64,000 bases of DNA, from the NCBI GenBank assembly GCA_963764555.1, contig CAVXSW010000005.1, positions 821,264 to 885,263 of the forward strand, read 5' to 3'. This DNA comes from an uncultured Acidimicrobiales bacterium (GTDB taxonomy: Bacteria > Actinomycetota > Acidimicrobiia > Acidimicrobiales > RAAP-2). The position numbers and the translations under genes are program-made. Under the pieces are notes generated by a model. It worked only from the letters and a program-made list of their open reading frames with translations. It searched no databases and had not been told where the DNA came from. Below are positions 39,701-48,202 of the stretch, in pieces (position 1 is the first letter of the stretch; the number at the start of each line of letters is the position of its first letter).

Positions 39701-40280
39701 TGGGGGGCTCCGCCACTTGCGGAGCATCCTGGCCGACTTCGCCGAGCTCGTACCGGAGATCGCCGCCTGGCGATTCGCTGCGGGTCTGGCCGCCGCCGAC
39801 GCGGGAGATCAGAGCTCGGGCCGCCGAGAGCTGGTGCGGGGCATGGAGGTGCTCGCCGACCATCCCGAACCGATCTGGCTGTCGGCCGTATGTCTGGCGG
39901 CCGAGCTCGTCGGGCAGGTCGGCGCCGACCGGCCCGACTGGGAGCGGGTCGACCGGCTGCTCGCGCCCCACGCCGGCCTGTTGGCGGTCAACGGGGTGCT
40001 GAGCAGCGAGTTCGGCCCGACCGACCGCTGCCTCGGCATCCTGAGTGCCGTCGATGGGGACGGCGAAGACGCAGACCGACGGTTCGCGGCGGCAGTCGAG
40101 GCCTGCCGCCGGCTCGGCTCCCCGTTGTGGGAGCTGCGCACCCGGACCGACTGGATGATGGCCGGCCGGGCTTTGGGCGGCGATCCGCAGCCGTGGTGGG
40201 ACACCCTCGAGGACGAGCTCGCCGGGGCCGGGCTCACGGGGGCTCTCGAGCGGCTGCGACGGCCGCTCGCCCGCCTCTGA
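36729..40280 (+). CDS. SARP/AfsR-family transcriptional regulator with NB-ARC/AAA ATPase and TPR-like C-terminal region
   Basis: YFRLLGPFEV...AYVSRLRKAL (OmpR-type wHTH), BTAD (ALGLWRGPPLADF...LWAQLMTALYRSGRQADAL), and P-loop LVTGEPGIGKSRL. About 1183 aa, intact. GTG 36729 chosen. Confidence 0.85.
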   Translation: MYFRLLGPFEVHDGEVPVPIGAYRQRAVLALLAIHAGQVLSPDRIIDEIWSGSPPPSALKTLHAYVSRLRKALDGRVGHGRDLLMSRHSGYVLAIDGARIDAVCFERVVDESSQALSDSRPEEAAARLREALGLWRGPPLADFTYETFAANESHRLTERRFEAVELRIEADLALARHSALVAELEGLVAEHPTRERLWAQLMTALYRSGRQADALGAYGRVRHALVEELGLEPGPELRRLEQQVLEQSADLAWRPVGRREGRERRPDAATGAGLVPDDAAVDSPHSGHRGRPPRHPALDLMPLVGRQTHLRRFDDLLAGAGPDRVPDLVLVTGEPGIGKSRLLAEFSRRARAAGALVAVGSAGRESSLPFGPFAHMIRTILEATGPATMERSGHLRADLAWLLPELGPRPATGGRDLALARTRLAEAVLQFLAGAGSGEPLVLAVDDAQGMGEGTFSLVHALLDREWSRPVVVILAVRTEGTSRRADRDGVVDLLRRERARLIELGRLSATDLTALVERSGIPGAGTDVGRLAVSLREQTAGIPLLVREVLAEGTLPAPGTEHRGLAAGPVSPLIGEVIGRHLRGLPTEVLRSLEVAAVIGPSFAAGLVGVLCGRPVAETTDQLDRAFRAGIVVETGDPDEWAFDHTLLRDVILAQLPSGRQARLHGRVANELGARGSAVEAARHGLLAYTDVSAGDAAELVVEGSDRALAALDFESARQLCSEALAGPAAGLSPAIRAQLLARLGRAQSLMGETGEAERSWAAAAEQARLAGGDETLARIALSTDTIGSVNTGSSDLRWNLLAEALERTGPGWSPLRLLVASQWALEASMPNRGVLSLGFVEEVVEAAGELGDPYALAAVYDARLSMARGRLLPDRRRWSDELRALAEDLDADEWLFRAHLDRLVGAAEDADGPALDRALDQLRETCARYRVPHALWIFELASATCARLRGAFDIADEHMLAAARLGDRHGIADSGPAQGAGVFLAAYHRGGLRHLRSILADFAELVPEIAAWRFAAGLAAADAGDQSSGRRELVRGMEVLADHPEPIWLSAVCLAAELVGQVGADRPDWERVDRLLAPHAGLLAVNGVLSSEFGPTDRCLGILSAVDGDGEDADRRFAAAVEACRRLGSPLWELRTRTDWMMAGRALGGDPQPWWDTLEDELAGAGLTGALERLRRPLARL

Positions 40281-40297
40281 CGCCTCTCGCGCGAAGT

Positions 40298-41470
40298 TCA
40301 GCCGCCGAAGAATGCGGCGTCACCTTCCGGACGACCGTCGAGATCATCGTCGGCGGGCGCGGGCGGCCGGTGCAGCACCGCCACCGCCGACAGGGAGGGC
40401 GAGGCCCAGAGGTCCTTCGGCGTCACGAGGTCGGCGAAGACGTCGCCCCGGGAGGCACCGCCGTCGTACTTGCCCGACAGACGGTTCCTTTCGATGCACC
40501 TCATGAGGACCCTGCCGGCTTCGACCGCCAAGTCCACCCCGGGGACCGAGTCTCCGCGCTGGCGAGGTGCAGCCACTCCCCCGCCGCCTCCGCTTCCTTC
40601 CTTAACGGAGGCCGGACCGAGCACGTCGGCCCGGAAGCTGTGATCGAACGCGACGGCGCCGCCGCCGCCGACGACCTTCTGACGGCCGAGTCGCTGGACG
40701 GTCACGTCGAGGGCCAGTGTCGCCCGGGGACGGGCCCGCCCGCCCTCCCCGCGCTGGAGCAGGCCGGGGTTTTCCCAGCGCCCGATCGGTCGGGTCACCT
40801 CGACGGACCAGGTCGCCCCCGCTTCGTCGAAGCACCGGTACACGAACTCGGAGCAGGTGAGGCTCATGGCGTGGGCGCTCCGGCCGGGGCGGGCTTCGTG
40901 TTCGAGCGCGGCCACCACGATCTGGGACACCGACCGGAGGCTGGCCCGCAGCAACCGGGACGTACGTGCGATTCGCAGCTGGTCGCGGTAGGTGCGCAAC
41001 AGGCATGGCACGGCGAGGGCCAGCAGACTCAGGTAGTCGTAGGTCGTGTTCTTTTCATCGGTGTAGTGGCCGGCCCGGGCGAGCACAGGACCAGGATCAC
41101 CACCGGCGGCTGACCTATGGCGCAGGGCGGTCACCGTCCGGTCCGTGTGCGGGGTCCCCTCCAGCCAACGTTTGAGGTCCTTCGTCCGCGCCGCCGGCTC
41201 GAGGGGCGGGGCGCCACGCTCGGACCGGTCAGGCACATGACGGCCCACGTGCGCGATCTGCTCCTTGCCGAGATAGAGCGCGCAATGGTTGACGGGACGA
41301 TTCTCGGCGAGCTTGATCAGATGGCTGAGCGGGTGGAGCGTGTCGAAGAGCAGCACGTCGGCCGGTTGCAATCGGCCGAGGAAGTCGTCGGTCCGGCTGG
41401 TTGTCACGACGCCGCCAGGCCGGTCGTTGCGGGTGGACGCCGACCGCCCCGCCGCCGCACGGGCGCTCAT
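40298..41470 (-). CDS. permuted papain-like (YiiX/C92, NlpC/P60 superfamily) amidase-like protein
   Basis: ADVLLFDT...SHLIKLAENRPVNHCALYLG (His), LTCSEFVYRCFDEAG (Cys) and VTPKDLWASP match the C92/DUF830 motif order. ATGA overlap with the upstream amidohydrolase. Confidence 0.55.
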   Translation of the reverse strand: MSARAAAGRSASTRNDRPGGVVTTSRTDDFLGRLQPADVLLFDTLHPLSHLIKLAENRPVNHCALYLGKEQIAHVGRHVPDRSERGAPPLEPAARTKDLKRWLEGTPHTDRTVTALRHRSAAGGDPGPVLARAGHYTDEKNTTYDYLSLLALAVPCLLRTYRDQLRIARTSRLLRASLRSVSQIVVAALEHEARPGRSAHAMSLTCSEFVYRCFDEAGATWSVEVTRPIGRWENPGLLQRGEGGRARPRATLALDVTVQRLGRQKVVGGGGAVAFDHSFRADVLGPASVKEGSGGGGGVAAPRQRGDSVPGVDLAVEAGRVLMRCIERNRLSGKYDGGASRGDVFADLVTPKDLWASPSLSAVAVLHRPPAPADDDLDGRPEGDAAFFGG

Positions 41471-42603
41471 CGGCCGAGCAGCACGTCCACGTTGTCGCGG
41501 AAGAGACCCGGCGCACCGTCGGGCGTCGAGCCCTGCCGCCGGTAGTCGTCGAGAGGGGTGGAGCTTCCCTCCGAGTGGGGGTAGTCGCTGCAGCACATGA
41601 ACAGGTCGCCGGACTTGGCCGTGAGCCGCACGGGCTGCTCGTAGGAGAACGACGAGACCCGGACCTGGCGGGCGAAGTACTCGCTCGGCCGCAAGGTCAG
41701 CTCGGCCACGGGACGCCCGTTGAGGGTGGAGGTGAAGTCCCAGCCGCCGTCCAACATGAGCAGGTACTGGGGCACCCAGATCGAGGAGAGCTCGACGATC
41801 CCGATGCGGAGGGCGGGGTGCCGTTCGAGCACCCCGTTCACGATGAGGTCGGTCACGGCGACGGCCGGCGGGACCCACAAGAAGATGGACTCGAGGGCGG
41901 GGACGAACGAGTCCTCGGGATCGGTGTAGAAGGCCTCGTCGAGCAGGCGGGGCTGGTCGGCCACGTGGAACACCGGGGTCACGCCGTGGTCGACGAAGGC
42001 GGCCCACAGCCGGTCGTGGTCGGGATGGGAGAGCGGCCGGCCGTCCACCGCCGCCGGGGCGATCATGCCGAGACGCACCCCGGCCCGGGCGAGCTCGGCG
42101 AGCTGGTCGCACAGCCAGTCGGGATGGCGCAGGGTCAGATGGGCGACCGGATGCAGGCGCCCGTAGCTGTCGGCGACCACCGTCGCGCACCACCGGTTCC
42201 AGGCCGCCATGTTGGCCGTGAGGGCGGGCAGCGATCTCCCGAGCCGGCGCTCCCAGAGCAGGCCGAAATTGGGGAACACCACCGCCTCGTCCAGGCCCAT
42301 GGCGGTGATCCGCTCGAGCCTCGCCTTCGGCTCCCAGTAGTCGGGTGGCAGCGTCTCGTCGTAGGCGTACTCGGGCGGGAGCTGGCGGCGGCAGCGCTCG
42401 CGGCGCCGTCCGAGCTCGGCGGTCCGGCCGGGCAGCTGCACGTCGGCGAGGTCGAGCCGCTCCCCCCGCCAGGTGAGCCAGGGATATCCGAGCTCGTCGT
42501 CGACGATGGCGAGCGCATCCTCCCGGGCACCCGGGTCGATGTGGTCGGCCCAGAGGGTCCGGGTCTCGTAGAGGTGCTGGTCGGAGTCGATGGCCACCGT
42601 CAC
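41467..42603 (-). CDS. amidohydrolase-2 family metal-dependent hydrolase
   Basis: VAIDSDQHLYE N-terminal metal motif. ...VFHVADQ...CCSDYPHSEG C-terminal motif. About 378 aa, intact. Confidence 0.75.
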   Translation of the reverse strand: MTVAIDSDQHLYETRTLWADHIDPGAREDALAIVDDELGYPWLTWRGERLDLADVQLPGRTAELGRRRERCRRQLPPEYAYDETLPPDYWEPKARLERITAMGLDEAVVFPNFGLLWERRLGRSLPALTANMAAWNRWCATVVADSYGRLHPVAHLTLRHPDWLCDQLAELARAGVRLGMIAPAAVDGRPLSHPDHDRLWAAFVDHGVTPVFHVADQPRLLDEAFYTDPEDSFVPALESIFLWVPPAVAVTDLIVNGVLERHPALRIGIVELSSIWVPQYLLMLDGGWDFTSTLNGRPVAELTLRPSEYFARQVRVSSFSYEQPVRLTAKSGDLFMCCSDYPHSEGSSTPLDDYRRQGSTPDGAPGLFRDNVDVLLGR

Positions 42604-42668
42604 CAGGCTCGAATCTACCCGAGCCCGGCCGCCTCGGCCCGGGCCGCCCGGCCCGGGCCCGCCCGTGC

Positions 42669-44021
42669 TCAGGTCCCGGGCGTGCCCGGGGGCGGGGTGG
42701 CGAGCGTCGGGTTCTTCAGGTCGACCTTCTGGCCGAAGCAGATGAACACCTGGTGGCCCGAGCCGAGGGCCGGGACGAATTGGCCGCCTTTCACCTGGAC
42801 GAACGACGGGCAATTGGGGAAGGTCTGGGTGGTGTGGGCGCTGCGCCAGTCCACCACCGAGGTGAGGCCGCCGGCGGTGAAGTCGGCGATCCGGTTGGTC
42901 TGGGCGATCACGTTCTGCTGGGTCAGGTTGGTGCCGGCCTTCCCGACACCGGCGGCCAGCAGCGCGGCCGACTGCCAGCCCTGCATGGCGAGCTGGTTGA
43001 GTGCATAGGTGGGCTCGTACCGCCGCATCGTCGCCAGGTAGCGCTCGAGGCCGGGATAGACCCCGGGGAAGGCGTTGGCCGCCGAAAACGGCACGAACCC
43101 GTTGGCGTCGATGTAGACGTCCTGCATCAGGTCGCGGTACTGGTCGAGGAATCCCTGCTCGTAACCGCTCAGCCACAGCTGGTGGGGGTGCACCCCGTAC
43201 TGCTGCATGGCCCGGGCGAGGCTGATGTTGTCGGAGTCCTGGATGCAGGTGAGCACGAAGTCCGCGCCGTGGCTCTGGATCTGCTGGGCGGGCGCGGTGA
43301 AGTTGCCGGCCAGCGAGGCGGCGAGGTCCTCGTAGCTCACGTCGATCCCGCCGGCCCGCAGATCGTTGGCCACCGTGCTGCAGGCCGGATACGAGGCCGG
43401 GATGCCCTGCCCGTAGCTGATGATGGCGATCGAGTGGGAGTGGGTCCGCTTCATCAGGTAGGCGACCGGCGCAGCGAGGGCGTGGTAGTCCTGGATCGAC
43501 CCGCCGGCGGCGAACAGGTTGCCGGGGCCGGCCCAATTGCCGCTCACGTTGTAGCCGTAGGTCGGGATCCCGGTGGAGGCGAACAGGTTGGGGGTGAACC
43601 AGAAGGTCGAGACGAAGGCGGCGAAGGCGTGGTCCTGCTGGATCAGCGTGTGGGCCAGTTGGGTGAAGTTGGTCGGGCTGCCGCCGTCGTCGAGGTCGTA
43701 GGCGTAGTCGAACTTGTGGCCGTTGATGCCGCCCTCGGCGTTGACCATGTCGAAGTAGGCCTGCATGCCCGGGATGAAGGCGGCGAAGTCGCTGGCGCCG
43801 GCGCCGCTCCGGGTGGCGATGCTCCCGACTTTGATGACCTGGCCCGATCCGCCGGTGCTTCCCGTGGTGGAGGCGGGAGCGGTGGTCGAGCTCGAGCTGG
43901 GCGAGCTCGAGCAGGCGGCGATGATCACCGATACCGCCGCCAGCACGCCGATGGTCAGCACCAGCGGCTTCCGCCTCCCCCGGGTCGAGGGGTCGGGGGC
44001 CGTGTCGTGGTCGGTGGTCAC
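42669..44021 (-). CDS. ABC transporter substrate-binding lipoprotein (LivK/Peripla_BP_6-like), orphan
   Basis: Lipobox LAAVSVIIAAC, then IKVGSIATRSGAGASDFAAFIPGMQAYFDMVNAEGGING, typical of branched-chain amino-acid/amide-type SBPs. GTG 44021 lies 7 nt after GGAGG. No permease or ATPase adjacent. Confidence 0.8.
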   Translation of the reverse strand: MTTDHDTAPDPSTRGRRKPLVLTIGVLAAVSVIIAACSSSPSSSSTTAPASTTGSTGGSGQVIKVGSIATRSGAGASDFAAFIPGMQAYFDMVNAEGGINGHKFDYAYDLDDGGSPTNFTQLAHTLIQQDHAFAAFVSTFWFTPNLFASTGIPTYGYNVSGNWAGPGNLFAAGGSIQDYHALAAPVAYLMKRTHSHSIAIISYGQGIPASYPACSTVANDLRAGGIDVSYEDLAASLAGNFTAPAQQIQSHGADFVLTCIQDSDNISLARAMQQYGVHPHQLWLSGYEQGFLDQYRDLMQDVYIDANGFVPFSAANAFPGVYPGLERYLATMRRYEPTYALNQLAMQGWQSAALLAAGVGKAGTNLTQQNVIAQTNRIADFTAGGLTSVVDWRSAHTTQTFPNCPSFVQVKGGQFVPALGSGHQVFICFGQKVDLKNPTLATPPPGTPGT

Positions 44022-44083
44022 CGGGTCACCTCCTCGCAGACGACCCGGCGCCGGCGTCCGGGTCCTCGCCTGCCCTCCCATTG

Positions 44084-44851
44084 CTACCAATCCGGCGGCC
44101 CGCTGTCAGTGATCCCGAGCCTCGTTCCCCGGTGGTCGGTCGGACCCTGACCGGTGGGACCCTCTGGCCTCCCGATCACCCTCCCGTGCCGCCGTGGCTG
44201 GCCGTGCCGCCGGGGGTGCGCCGTGCCGCGTCGTCCCGCCGCGGCGGGCGTCGTCCCGCCGTACCGGGCCCGGGCCGCCTGCTCGACCGGGCACCGCCCG
44301 ACGGCGCGCCCGCAGGCCGTCAGGTCGCAGAGCCGGCACGTCCAGCGGGTGGCCCCCGGCGGGCGCATCATGCCGACGAGCACCTTGCCGGCGAGCACGG
44401 CCAGGGTCCGTCGCTCGCTGGGGCTGAGGGGGTCGAGTGCCGCTCCGAGCAGGTCGAGCCGGGCGGCGGCGATCCGGCGGGCTTCCCTTCGCCCGGCCGC
44501 GGTGAGCGCAACGGTGGTGACCCGGTTGTCCTCTCCGGGACCGCGACGCACGAGGCCGTCGCGCTCCAACCGGTCGACCAGCCGCACCGTGCCCGACTGG
44601 CTGAGCCCGACCACCGCCGCCAGGCGGTCGATCGACGGGTCGTCGAGGAACTGGTCGAGCGCCGACAGGGCTGCTGCCACCGATGCCGGGTGCCCGCCGG
44701 TCCCGCCCCCGGGGGGGAGGCACCGGTCGGTGACGGCCAGCGCCAGCGCGCCGAGCAGGTTGGCGGCCTGGGACCCGGTCGGCCCGCTCGACGATCTCGC
44801 CGGCCCACCCGCCCGTGCCGGTCCGGCCCGCGACCCGGCGGGCCCGGCCAC
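44084..44851 (-). CDS. MarR family transcriptional regulator with Cys-rich C-terminal extension
   Basis: ANLLGALALAVTDR...IDRLAAVVGLSQSGTVRLVDRLERDGLVRR (wHTH), then WTCRLCDLTACGRAVGRCP. The start GTG lies 4 nt after the DUF3224 stop. The distal tail may be read-through. Confidence 0.7.
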   Translation of the reverse strand: MAGPAGSRAGPARAGGPARSSSGPTGSQAANLLGALALAVTDRCLPPGGGTGGHPASVAAALSALDQFLDDPSIDRLAAVVGLSQSGTVRLVDRLERDGLVRRGPGEDNRVTTVALTAAGRREARRIAAARLDLLGAALDPLSPSERRTLAVLAGKVLVGMMRPPGATRWTCRLCDLTACGRAVGRCPVEQAARARYGGTTPAAAGRRGTAHPRRHGQPRRHGRVIGRPEGPTGQGPTDHRGTRLGITDSGPPDW

Positions 44852-44853
44852 CC

Positions 44854-45249
44854 TCAGAGCTCGAGGTCGAAGTGGAAGGTGCCGGTCGAGCCGTGCGGAG
44901 CCACGGTCACCCCCTGGCCGGTGGCACCGGCGAGCCCGTCCCGAGCCGAGCCCGGCACCACCTCGAGCTCGGTGCGGGCCTCGTTGCCGTCGTAGCGGCC
45001 GAAGCCCCGCAGCACGAAGCTGCCGGAGCGGTCGCCGACCCGGCCCACCACCCGCTGGTAGGCGACGAACTCGGCCGTACCGTCGTCGTGGTAGGTCATC
45101 ACCGTGTCCGAGATGGTGTCCGCTTCGATGTCGCCACTGAAGCGCTGGCCGATGCTCGCCGTCGACACCTTGGCCGACTCCTCGAGCCCGCCCGCCTGCG
45201 CCTCGGACCACGAGGTGACCTCGAAGGTGCCCTCGAGGTGGGCGGTCAT
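44854..45249 (-). CDS. DUF3224 domain protein
   Basis: MTAHLEGTFEVTSWSE...GSFVLRGFGRYDG...GTFHFDLEL. Typical DUF3224 beta-barrel-like pattern. Confidence 0.6.
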   Translation of the reverse strand: MTAHLEGTFEVTSWSEAQAGGLEESAKVSTASIGQRFSGDIEADTISDTVMTYHDDGTAEFVAYQRVVGRVGDRSGSFVLRGFGRYDGNEARTELEVVPGSARDGLAGATGQGVTVAPHGSTGTFHFDLEL

Positions 45250-45259
45250 GGTTGGTTCC

Positions 45260-45287
45260 TTGATATATGCATGACACATACATTATG
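45260..45287 (-). promoter_or_regulatory. AT-rich promoter/operator candidate upstream of the DUF3224-MarR operon
   Basis: ttgatatatgcatgacacatacattatg is an AT island in a GC-rich background. Imperfect inverted repeat ATGCATG-aca-CATACAT at 45267-45283. Confidence 0.35.
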
Positions 45288-45399
45288 CCCCGGACCGGAC
45301 GGGGTCAAGCGGCGCGTTCGGCCCCGGCGGACCGGATCGGCGGCCTCGGTCGGACCTCGGCCGGGCCACGGTCGGGCCGGTCAGGCCGGTCAGGCCGCG

Positions 45400-46239
45400 T
45401 CAGCTGAGCACGTCCTTGCGGGAGAACCAGACCGCCGCGGCGGCGAGGAAGACCACGGCGTAGGCCGCCTGGACCCCGAAGAGGTGGGGATAGCCGCTGG
45501 TGTCGGACGGTCGGAAGAGCAGCTCGGTCCACAGGCCCGTCCCCTGATCGGTGGCGGGCAGCCACGGCGACAGGGCGTGGAGCCCCGGGATGTTGTCGAG
45601 GGCGCGCGAGACCAACGTCAACCCCACCCCGCCGGCCACCGCCACGAGCGGGCTGTCGGTCAACGTCGAGCAGAGGACGGCGAAGGCGAAGGCGGCGACC
45701 ATGGTCACCGTGACCACCCCGCCGGCCAGGGCGACCCGGCCCAGTGCCGCCGGCGGCGAGAAGGTCGTCGCTCCGCTGGCGAAGGGCGAGGCGTGCTGGA
45801 GGTCGATGACGCTGAGCGGGTGCCAGCCGAAGGCCGCCAGCCCGGCGGCCAGGCCGGCGACCATGCCGACCCCGACCGCCGCCACCGAGAAGAGCCCGGC
45901 GACGGCCACCTTCGCCCCGAGGACCCTCCGGCGGGAGACGGGCCGGGCCAGGCGGTAGCGCAGGCTCCCCCACGACGCCTCGCCGGCCACCGCCTCGCCG
46001 GCGTAGACGGCGACGGCGAGCGGCAGCAGGAAGAGGAGGAGTGAATTGAGGGCGAGGGGTCCCATGGTGAGGCCGGACGAGTCGGGGATCACCGACCCGT
46101 GGTCGCCGAGCCGTTCGGGGGTGGCCCCGCTGGTGGCGGCGATGATCGCGGCCACGACGACCGCCACCACCGCCACGGCGCCGAGCACGGCCCAGTACCC
46201 GGGCCGCCGGAGCTGGACGGCGAGCTCGGCCCTGATCAA
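45400..46239 (-). CDS. ABC-2 type transporter permease
   Basis: 279 aa, 6 hydrophobic helices. WGSLRYRLARPVSRRRVL motif is shared with its paralogue. TTGA start/stop overlap with the upstream permease. Confidence 0.75.
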   Translation of the reverse strand: MIRAELAVQLRRPGYWAVLGAVAVVAVVVAAIIAATSGATPERLGDHGSVIPDSSGLTMGPLALNSLLLFLLPLAVAVYAGEAVAGEASWGSLRYRLARPVSRRRVLGAKVAVAGLFSVAAVGVGMVAGLAAGLAAFGWHPLSVIDLQHASPFASGATTFSPPAALGRVALAGGVVTVTMVAAFAFAVLCSTLTDSPLVAVAGGVGLTLVSRALDNIPGLHALSPWLPATDQGTGLWTELLFRPSDTSGYPHLFGVQAAYAVVFLAAAAVWFSRKDVLS

Positions 46240-47078
46240 TCGAGCACGTCCTTGCGGGTGAACCACCAGTGGGCCAGCGCCATGAACACCGCGAGGTAGA
46301 CCGCTTGGAGCACCAGGAAGTGCGGGACGGCGGAAAGGTCCGGCAACCGGGTGAACAGGTGCTGCCAGATGTCGATGTCGTTGTTCGGCATGTACCGGTT
46401 GACGACGGCCACGCCCGGGAGGTAGTCGGCGTTGAAGATCCTCGAGACGACGGTCAACGCCACCCCTCCCGCCACCGCCACCACCGGGCGCCGGGTGACG
46501 GTGGACAGGAAGAAGGCCACGGCGAAGATGGAGGCCATCCCGGCCCCCACGTAGGCCACCGACACGCCGAGGTGGGCCAGGCTGGTGGTCACCGGCACCA
46601 CGACGGCGTCGGGACGGCCCGGGGTCGAATGGCTCCCGTCGGTCACCGGCAGCGGATGGAGGCCGAAAGCCAGCAGTCCGGCGAGCACGGCGGCCGCCGC
46701 CAGCACGACGAGCGCGGACACCCCGAGCGCGGCGGCCACGGCCGCCTTCGACCAGAGCACCCGGGCTCGTGACACCGGCCGGGCCAGCACGTAGCGAAGG
46801 CTGCCCCAGCCGGCCTCCTCGGCCACCGCCTCGCCGGCGAACAGGGAGACGGCCAGCGGCAGGAGGAATTTCATGGTGGAGGAGAGGGCGATGACCGGCA
46901 CGGCGAGCCCGGACGTGCGGGGCACGATGACGAGGGGCACGTCGCCGACGTACTCGGTCTGGCCCGCGCCGGTGGCGGCGAGCGCCACGGTCAGGACCAC
47001 CGAAAAGGCGGCCGTGGCGGCGAGCACGGCGTAGGTCCTCGGGCGCCGGGCCTGCTTGCGCCACTCGGCGACGATCAC
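46236..47078 (-). CDS. ABC-2 type transporter permease
   Basis: 280 aa, paralogous to 45400..46239 (WGSLRYVLARPVSRARVL). GTG 47078. Confidence 0.75.
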   Translation of the reverse strand: MIVAEWRKQARRPRTYAVLAATAAFSVVLTVALAATGAGQTEYVGDVPLVIVPRTSGLAVPVIALSSTMKFLLPLAVSLFAGEAVAEEAGWGSLRYVLARPVSRARVLWSKAAVAAALGVSALVVLAAAAVLAGLLAFGLHPLPVTDGSHSTPGRPDAVVVPVTTSLAHLGVSVAYVGAGMASIFAVAFFLSTVTRRPVVAVAGGVALTVVSRIFNADYLPGVAVVNRYMPNNDIDIWQHLFTRLPDLSAVPHFLVLQAVYLAVFMALAHWWFTRKDVLD

Positions 47079-47189
47079 GGCGCCCCGACCGCAGCCGGGA
47101 TCACCGCGGCCGGGATCACCGCGGCCGGGATCACCGCGGCCGGTATGACCCCGGCCGGAGTGACCGCGGCCCGGATCACGGCGCCGGGA
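47074..47189. repeat. 15-nt tandem repeat x6-7 between the ABC ATPase stop and the permease start
   Basis: atcaccgcggccggg x2, atcaccgcggccggt, atgaccccggccgga, gtgaccgcggcccgg, atcacggcgccggga. Degenerate copies extend over the permease GTG. Confidence 0.9.
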
Positions 47190-48202
47190 CGGCGGTGTGG
47201 TGCGACGATCCCGGGCCGCTCCTCCCGAGCGCCTCTTCCTCGAGCAGGGCGGCGTACCCGTCGGCGAAGGTGCCCGCCCGCACCCCCGAGGCGGCGACCC
47301 CGGCGGCATCGAGGGCGGCGAGGAGGTCGACCGGCCGCAGGTCTTCCCCGTCCACCCGGAGGGTGCCCGGACCGGCGGGCGCCACCGCCGACACGCCGGC
47401 CATCCCGCGCAGCGCGGCGGCCGCCCCGTCGGCTCGGCTCACTCGCTCGACCGTCACGAGGATCCGGCCGGGGTGGCCGGTCAGCTCGGGCACCGGGCCG
47501 GCGGCGAGCAGGCGCCCGGCCTGGAGCACGGCGGCGTCGGTGCAGATCTGCTCGACCTCGTCGAGGTGGTGGGTGGCGAGCACGACGGTTGCGCCGGACC
47601 GGACGCAGGACTCGATGGCGGCGTGGGTGGCGGCGACCTGCTCGGGGTCCATCCCGTTGGTCGGTTCGTCGAGGAGCAACAGGTCGGGCGTGCCGAGGAG
47701 CGCCTGGGCCAGGGCCAGGCGGTAGCCCATGCCGTGCGAGTAGCCCGACACGGGGCGGTCGATGGCCTCGTCGAGGTGACAGAGGGCGACGGCCCGGTCG
47801 AGATCGGCGCGACCTCCGCGCTCGTCGATCAGCCGGGCGGCCAGGGCCAGGTTGGCCCGTCCGGAGAGGTGGGGCACGAACCCCGGCCCGTCGACCAGGG
47901 CGCCCACCCGGCCGAGGACGGCCGCACCCGGCCGGACCTCCTCGCCGAACAGGTAGGCATGTCCCGAGGTCGGCCGGACGAGGCCGAGGAGGATGCGCAG
48001 GGTGATCGTCTTGCCGGACCCGTTGGGCCCGACCAGCCCGAGCACCCGCCCCTGCCCGACGACGAGATCGAGCTCGTGCACGGCGGTGACCCCGTGGCGC
48101 AGGCGCTTGGTGAGCCGCTCGATCCGGACGACCGGACCGTCGGGCGCCGCCGGAGTGTCGGGCGCCGCCGGAGCGCGCCGGCACCGGAGCCTCAGGCACC
48201 AT
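47176..48202 (-). CDS. ABC transporter ATP-binding protein (N-terminal frame uncertain)
   Basis: Walker A GPNGSGKT, signature SHGMGYRL, Walker B LLLLDEP. No start codon lies in the ATPase frame downstream of the preceding gene. ATG 48202 is in another frame, implying a break near 48175-48190 or an atypical start. Confidence 0.8.
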
